This document shows, one piece after another, positions 60,113-64,000 of a stretch of 64,000 bases of DNA; positions within the stretch are counted from its first letter, which is position 1; each line of letters starts with the position of its first letter. The stretch spans positions 4,256,001-4,320,000 of the forward strand of contig OZ243927.1 of the NCBI GenBank assembly GCA_965213925.1. The letters are read 5' to 3'. Source of the stretch: Trueperaceae bacterium. Lineage in GTDB: Bacteria; Deinococcota; Deinococci; Deinococcales; Trueperaceae. Made by a program: the position numbers and the translations under genes. Below the pieces are notes generated by a model, which saw only the letters and a list, made by a program, of their open reading frames with translations, was not told the origin of the DNA and did not search any database.

Positions 60113-61336
60113 GTGAAACTTGCTGTAACGCTACTTTTGGGACTTTTAGCTTCAACTGCCTTGTGTCAAACGACCGTCCGCATCACCGGCTACGGCGGGC
60201 AAGACCCGGCCATCGTCAACCGCCTTATCAACGAGGTGATCGGTGAAGATTTACAGGCTGAGGGCATCACCCTTCAGTACGAGCCCGTCGAGGGTGACTA
60301 CAATGCGGGGCTCTTCAACGCCCTCTCCGCGGGCACGGCGGGCGACATCTTCTACATCCCCGCTGAGACCGCGCCCGGCATTCTGGCGACGGGTACGGTT
60401 CTTCCCCTCAACGACGTGGTGGATACAGAGCCGTTCATAGACACGCTCATGGAGCCCTTCACTCTGGACGGTCAGGTCTACGGCATCCCCAAAGATTTCA
60501 ACACCTTGGCGGTTTTTTACAACGAAGACCTCTTTGACGAGGCGGGCGTTGACTATCCGAATGAAAACGACACTTGGGAGTCTTTCGCTGAGAAGCTGCG
60601 CGGCGTCAGCGAACTCGGCAACGACGTCGAGGGCGCGTGCGTCGTCGCCGACCTCGCCCGCATGGGACCCTTCGCTTTCGCCGAAGGCTGGCAGACGTTC
60701 TCGGAGGACGGCTCCACGAACCTGCAAAATGAAGCTTTTGTAGACGCCTTTGACTACTACACCGGGCTGGTGCAAGAGGGCGCGGCCGTGCTCTCTACCG
60801 ACTTAGGTCAAGACTGGGCGGGGGGCTGCTTCGGCACCGGCAACACCGGGGTGGCGATCGAAGGGGCCTGGATTTTGGGCTACCTGCGCGATACGGCTCC
60901 GAACTTGCAGTACGGCACCACCTTTTTGCCCGTCGCGCCCTCGGGCGAAACCGGCAACTACACCTACACGGTGGCGTACGGCGTCAACGCCAACTCGTCC
61001 AATCAGGAGGCGGCCTTGACCGTGTTAGAGGCGCTAACGAGTGAAAAGGCGCAGCAGTGGGTTTTGGAGAACGGCCTCGCCATCCCCAGCCGCGAAAGCT
61101 TGGAGGACAACCCCTACTTCCAAGAGGACACGCCCGAAGCCCGAGCTAACCGCATCATCTACGAGGGCGCGACGCGCGGCAACGTCCAGAGCTATCAGTT
61201 TGGCTCGGTCGGCACCGACTTCGTGACGCCCGTCAACACCGCCATTAACGCCGTCGCCACGGGTCAAGCTCAGGTTACGCCCGCCTTGGAGCAAGCGCAG
61301 AGCGAGGTTGACGCGCTAGTCCAGCGGGCGCAGTAG
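60113..61336 (+). CDS. Sugar ABC transporter substrate-binding protein
   Basis: Signal peptide; YGIPKDFNTLAVFYN.DLF. Confidence 0.9.
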   Translation: MKLAVTLLLGLLASTALCQTTVRITGYGGQDPAIVNRLINEVIGEDLQAEGITLQYEPVEGDYNAGLFNALSAGTAGDIFYIPAETAPGILATGTVLPLNDVVDTEPFIDTLMEPFTLDGQVYGIPKDFNTLAVFYNEDLFDEAGVDYPNENDTWESFAEKLRGVSELGNDVEGACVVADLARMGPFAFAEGWQTFSEDGSTNLQNEAFVDAFDYYTGLVQEGAAVLSTDLGQDWAGGCFGTGNTGVAIEGAWILGYLRDTAPNLQYGTTFLPVAPSGETGNYTYTVAYGVNANSSNQEAALTVLEALTSEKAQQWVLENGLAIPSRESLEDNPYFQEDTPEARANRIIYEGATRGNVQSYQFGSVGTDFVTPVNTAINAVATGQAQVTPALEQAQSEVDALVQRAQ

Positions 61337-61382
61337 ACATTGATTCACTCGCTGTCGGACAGCTGAATGAAAGCAGGTTGAA

Positions 61383-61616
61383 TACACCGTCAACTAAAGA
61401 ATGAGTGATGTCATTCTGAGCGTAGCGACAGCCCTACGGCAAACCATAGGATAGACTCCACCCTTTACAGGATTGGCTTCGCCTGATGAAAGAATCTCTG
61501 ACCGCCTTCTCCTCTGGCAGAGAGTGAAGGGCGAGACCCCTCGACTGCGCGGAGTCTATCCTGTAAAGGGCTCCGCTCGGGGTGACACAGTGTTGTAAAA
61601 CTCAATTAACAGTGTA
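61383..61616. mobile_element. MITE family C copy 2 (inverted relative to copy 1)
   Basis: TACACCGTCAACTAA...AATTAACAGTGTA enclosing tgtcattctgag...ggggtgaca; flanks TGAA/TTAA. Confidence 0.7.
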
Positions 61617-61625
61617 TTAAACAAG

Positions 61626-61695
61626 CCGTTAGGTATTAGCGATTAGCTCTTAGCAAAGGCTTCTAGCTAATACCTAAGGGCCAACCGCTAACAGC
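61626..61695. repeat. Heptamer (TTAG-containing) inverted tandem repeat
   Basis: ttaggtattagcgattagctcttagc...gctaatacctaa...gctaacagc; similar tract at 56756-56812. Confidence 0.6.
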
Positions 61696-61774
61696 CTTTT
61701 GTGCGGCTTTCGTACGGCGTGACTTCGCCCATCAATGACAAGTTCGAATCCCCTAGCTTTGGAGGTGAGACCCC

Positions 61775-62869
61775 ATGAATCAGCGGTTCCGGGACGCGCT
61801 AGCAGGCTACCTTTTCCTCGCGCCCTTTCTGCTCACGTTAGGCGTCTTTTTCATCTACGCCTTCGTGCGCGCAGTTGTCTTTAGCTTTACCAACTACAAC
61901 CTCTTCAACATCAACAATCTGGAATTTATCGGCCTGCAAAACTACATCAATCTGTTTCAGAGTGACAACTTCTTGCGCGCGCTTTTCAACACGGTCGTGT
62001 TTGCAACCGTCGTGACGGCCTTGCAAACTATCGGCGCACTGCTGATGGCGGCCGTTCTCAACCAAAAGGTGCGCGGCTTAGGTTTTTTCCGCGCCGCGTT
62101 CTACATGCCGAGCGTGACCAGTAGCGTCGTCATCACGCTCATCTTTTTATGGCTCTTTCAGCGCACCGGCCTCATCAACTATCTCGTCACGCAGTTTCTC
62201 ACCTATCTACCGCTTATCGCCGTGTTCTTGACCGTTCTGGTCGTAGCCCAACTCGCGCAGGTGTGGTTTGAACGTGCCCGCAACCTGCCCGCCGGCTGGC
62301 TCGACCCCGCCCTCTTGGTCATCTCGATGTTAGTGGCGCTAGCCGGGACCTTTCTGCTCAATATAAGCGGCGTGATCGCGCCGAGAGAAGTTGCGCCCAT
62401 CGGCTTTATCTGGCTCAACACCCAACAGAGCGTCGGCTTGATCGGGCTGCCGCTCATCGTCATTATGTTTCAGAACATCTTCACGACCATGCCCACCTTC
62501 ATGCTGATGTTTTTAGCCGCGCTGCAAGACGTGCCCAAGTCCTACTACGAGGCGGCGTCCCTCGACGGCGCAACCGCTTGGCAGCAGTTTCGCCACATCA
62601 CGGTGCCCTCCGTGCAGCCCGTGACCTTTCTGGTGGTGACGCTCGGGCTCATCGGCACCTTGCAGATGTTCGACCAGGTCGCTATTTTCGGCGACGCAGC
62701 GCCATTGGAGTCGATCATCACCTTGGCGTACTTCGTCTATAACCGGATGTTCCCCGGCGGGCAACTGCCCGAGGTCGGCTTCGCGTCGGCGGCGGCGATG
62801 TTCTTGGCGGTCTTGACGCTTATCGTGGTACTCATTCAGCGCGTCTTCATCCCCTCGGAGCGGCGCTGA
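61775..62869 (+). CDS. Sugar ABC transporter permease (MalF-like)
   Basis: YEAASLDGA EAA motif. Confidence 0.92.
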   Translation: MNQRFRDALAGYLFLAPFLLTLGVFFIYAFVRAVVFSFTNYNLFNINNLEFIGLQNYINLFQSDNFLRALFNTVVFATVVTALQTIGALLMAAVLNQKVRGLGFFRAAFYMPSVTSSVVITLIFLWLFQRTGLINYLVTQFLTYLPLIAVFLTVLVVAQLAQVWFERARNLPAGWLDPALLVISMLVALAGTFLLNISGVIAPREVAPIGFIWLNTQQSVGLIGLPLIVIMFQNIFTTMPTFMLMFLAALQDVPKSYYEAASLDGATAWQQFRHITVPSVQPVTFLVVTLGLIGTLQMFDQVAIFGDAAPLESIITLAYFVYNRMFPGGQLPEVGFASAAAMFLAVLTLIVVLIQRVFIPSERR

Positions 62870-64000
62870 TGGCGGTTCGTAATGCACCACGGGGCGCAGG
62901 TTCCTTTGCCACTCGCGCCGACTTCGAACGCTGGCACGCCCGCCGCCGCTGGGCGCGGGCCGGGCTGGTCTACCTGGCGATGCTCTTTTTCGCGGTGGTG
63001 CTTTTAGGTCCTATTCTCTTCGCGGCGTTCTCGAGCCTCAAAACCAACCCCTTGGACTATCCTCCCACGCTGAACATCCCGCAGCTCTCCCCGGCTAACT
63101 GGTCGGCGGCGGGGCGTTTGGGCGCGGCGGGCGAGGGCGGACGCTGGTTCGGCGGCTTCGCGCCCGGCGCGGAGGTGCCCTTTAGCGTCACCTACTTCGT
63201 CCCCGAGGGTCAGGAGCCCGAAACGCCCGAAGTGGTCGTGTCGCGCCGCCGCAGCGGTGGCTTGCAAGCCGCGCAGCAGATCGAGTTCGCCGCCGACTAC
63301 GCCGAGCTGAGTGACGTTAGGGAAACCTCCAGAGAGCCCGGCAGCGGCGAGATACGCGGTGAGAGCGTCCAGGGGCAGATCGTGTCTTACGAATTCACGG
63401 TGACGTACCCAGGTGACGGCCCCGAGGTGGAGACCTTGCCGGTGGACATCACCGCGCCCGCCAATCAGCGCTACATTGACGCGACGCTGGCACCCTCGAG
63501 GCTCGAGCGCCGGGGCCGCGTCGTCTCCTACGACACCATCACCCCCGGCGCGATAGGCTACGTCTTCCGCAACTACGTGCGCGTTTTCAACGAGGTCAAG
63601 AGCGTGACCACCGGACAGAGCCTCTTCTGGGCCTGGACGCTCAACTCATTTTTCGTCGCCATCATGCGGGTGCTCTCGACGCTGCTGTTCGCGTCGATGG
63701 CGGGCTACGCACTGGCGCGGCTCGCGTTTCCGGGGAAAACTTTCATCTTCTTCGCGCTCCTTTTCAGCATGATGATCCCCGGTCAGGTCACCTTCATCTC
63801 GAACTACCTGGTCTTACGCGACGGCATCTTCGGGTTGACGCAGCTTTTCGGCGTGCAGACGCTCCTCAACTCCATCTGGGGGGTGATCATCGGCGGGGCG
63901 AGCGGCTCGGCTTTAGTCGCTGCCGCGATGGTCTTTCTGATGAAGCAGTTTTTCGAGTCCATCCCTAAAGAGGTCGAAGAGGCTGCCATGATCGACGGCG
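62869..64000 (+). CDS. Sugar ABC transporter permease (MalG-like, partial) with large extracytoplasmic insertion
   Basis: ATG overlaps the upstream TGA; frame is open to the window end; AGYALARL.FPG; FFESIPKEVEEAAMIDG. Confidence 0.88.
   Translation, partial: MAVRNAPRGAGSFATRADFERWHARRRWARAGLVYLAMLFFAVVLLGPILFAAFSSLKTNPLDYPPTLNIPQLSPANWSAAGRLGAAGEGGRWFGGFAPGAEVPFSVTYFVPEGQEPETPEVVVSRRRSGGLQAAQQIEFAADYAELSDVRETSREPGSGEIRGESVQGQIVSYEFTVTYPGDGPEVETLPVDITAPANQRYIDATLAPSRLERRGRVVSYDTITPGAIGYVFRNYVRVFNEVKSVTTGQSLFWAWTLNSFFVAIMRVLSTLLFASMAGYALARLAFPGKTFIFFALLFSMMIPGQVTFISNYLVLRDGIFGLTQLFGVQTLLNSIWGVIIGGASGSALVAAAMVFLMKQFFESIPKEVEEAAMIDG

Overview
Bacterial chromosomal window, most likely Deinococcota (Trueperaceae-like). 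This assignment is an inference from the futalosine mqnA/mqnE genes, a Thermus-type CsoR, a chorismate mutase-DAHP synthase fusion, Deinococcus-type ATACGGATTCCG repeats and pervasive leaderless TANNNT promoters. About 60 CDS are present, mostly housekeeping or metabolic: serA operon, lysA-like operon, glyA, hslVU, mqnEA, tatAC, CM-DAHPS, dnaG, a copper cluster and a LacI-sugar ABC operon. I saw no tRNA, rRNA, CRISPR array or transposase. The intergenic DNA carries many small non-autonomous elements: several TAC...GTA MITE families with target-site duplications (TSDs), an IS1-type MITE with an 8-bp TSD, GTAG REPs and heptamer repeats. One MITE splits a mazF toxin gene in frame. The best candidates for an undescribed system are (i) a translationally coupled uORF-SDR-QueA-paralog-VOC operon (followed by MBL and SnoaL genes) near a Cys-rich GAF two-component system, (ii) a helical-protein + HNH nuclease two-gene module, and (iii) non-canonical serine and LysA-like operons. 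All family calls come from motif recognition by eye; no database searches were run.
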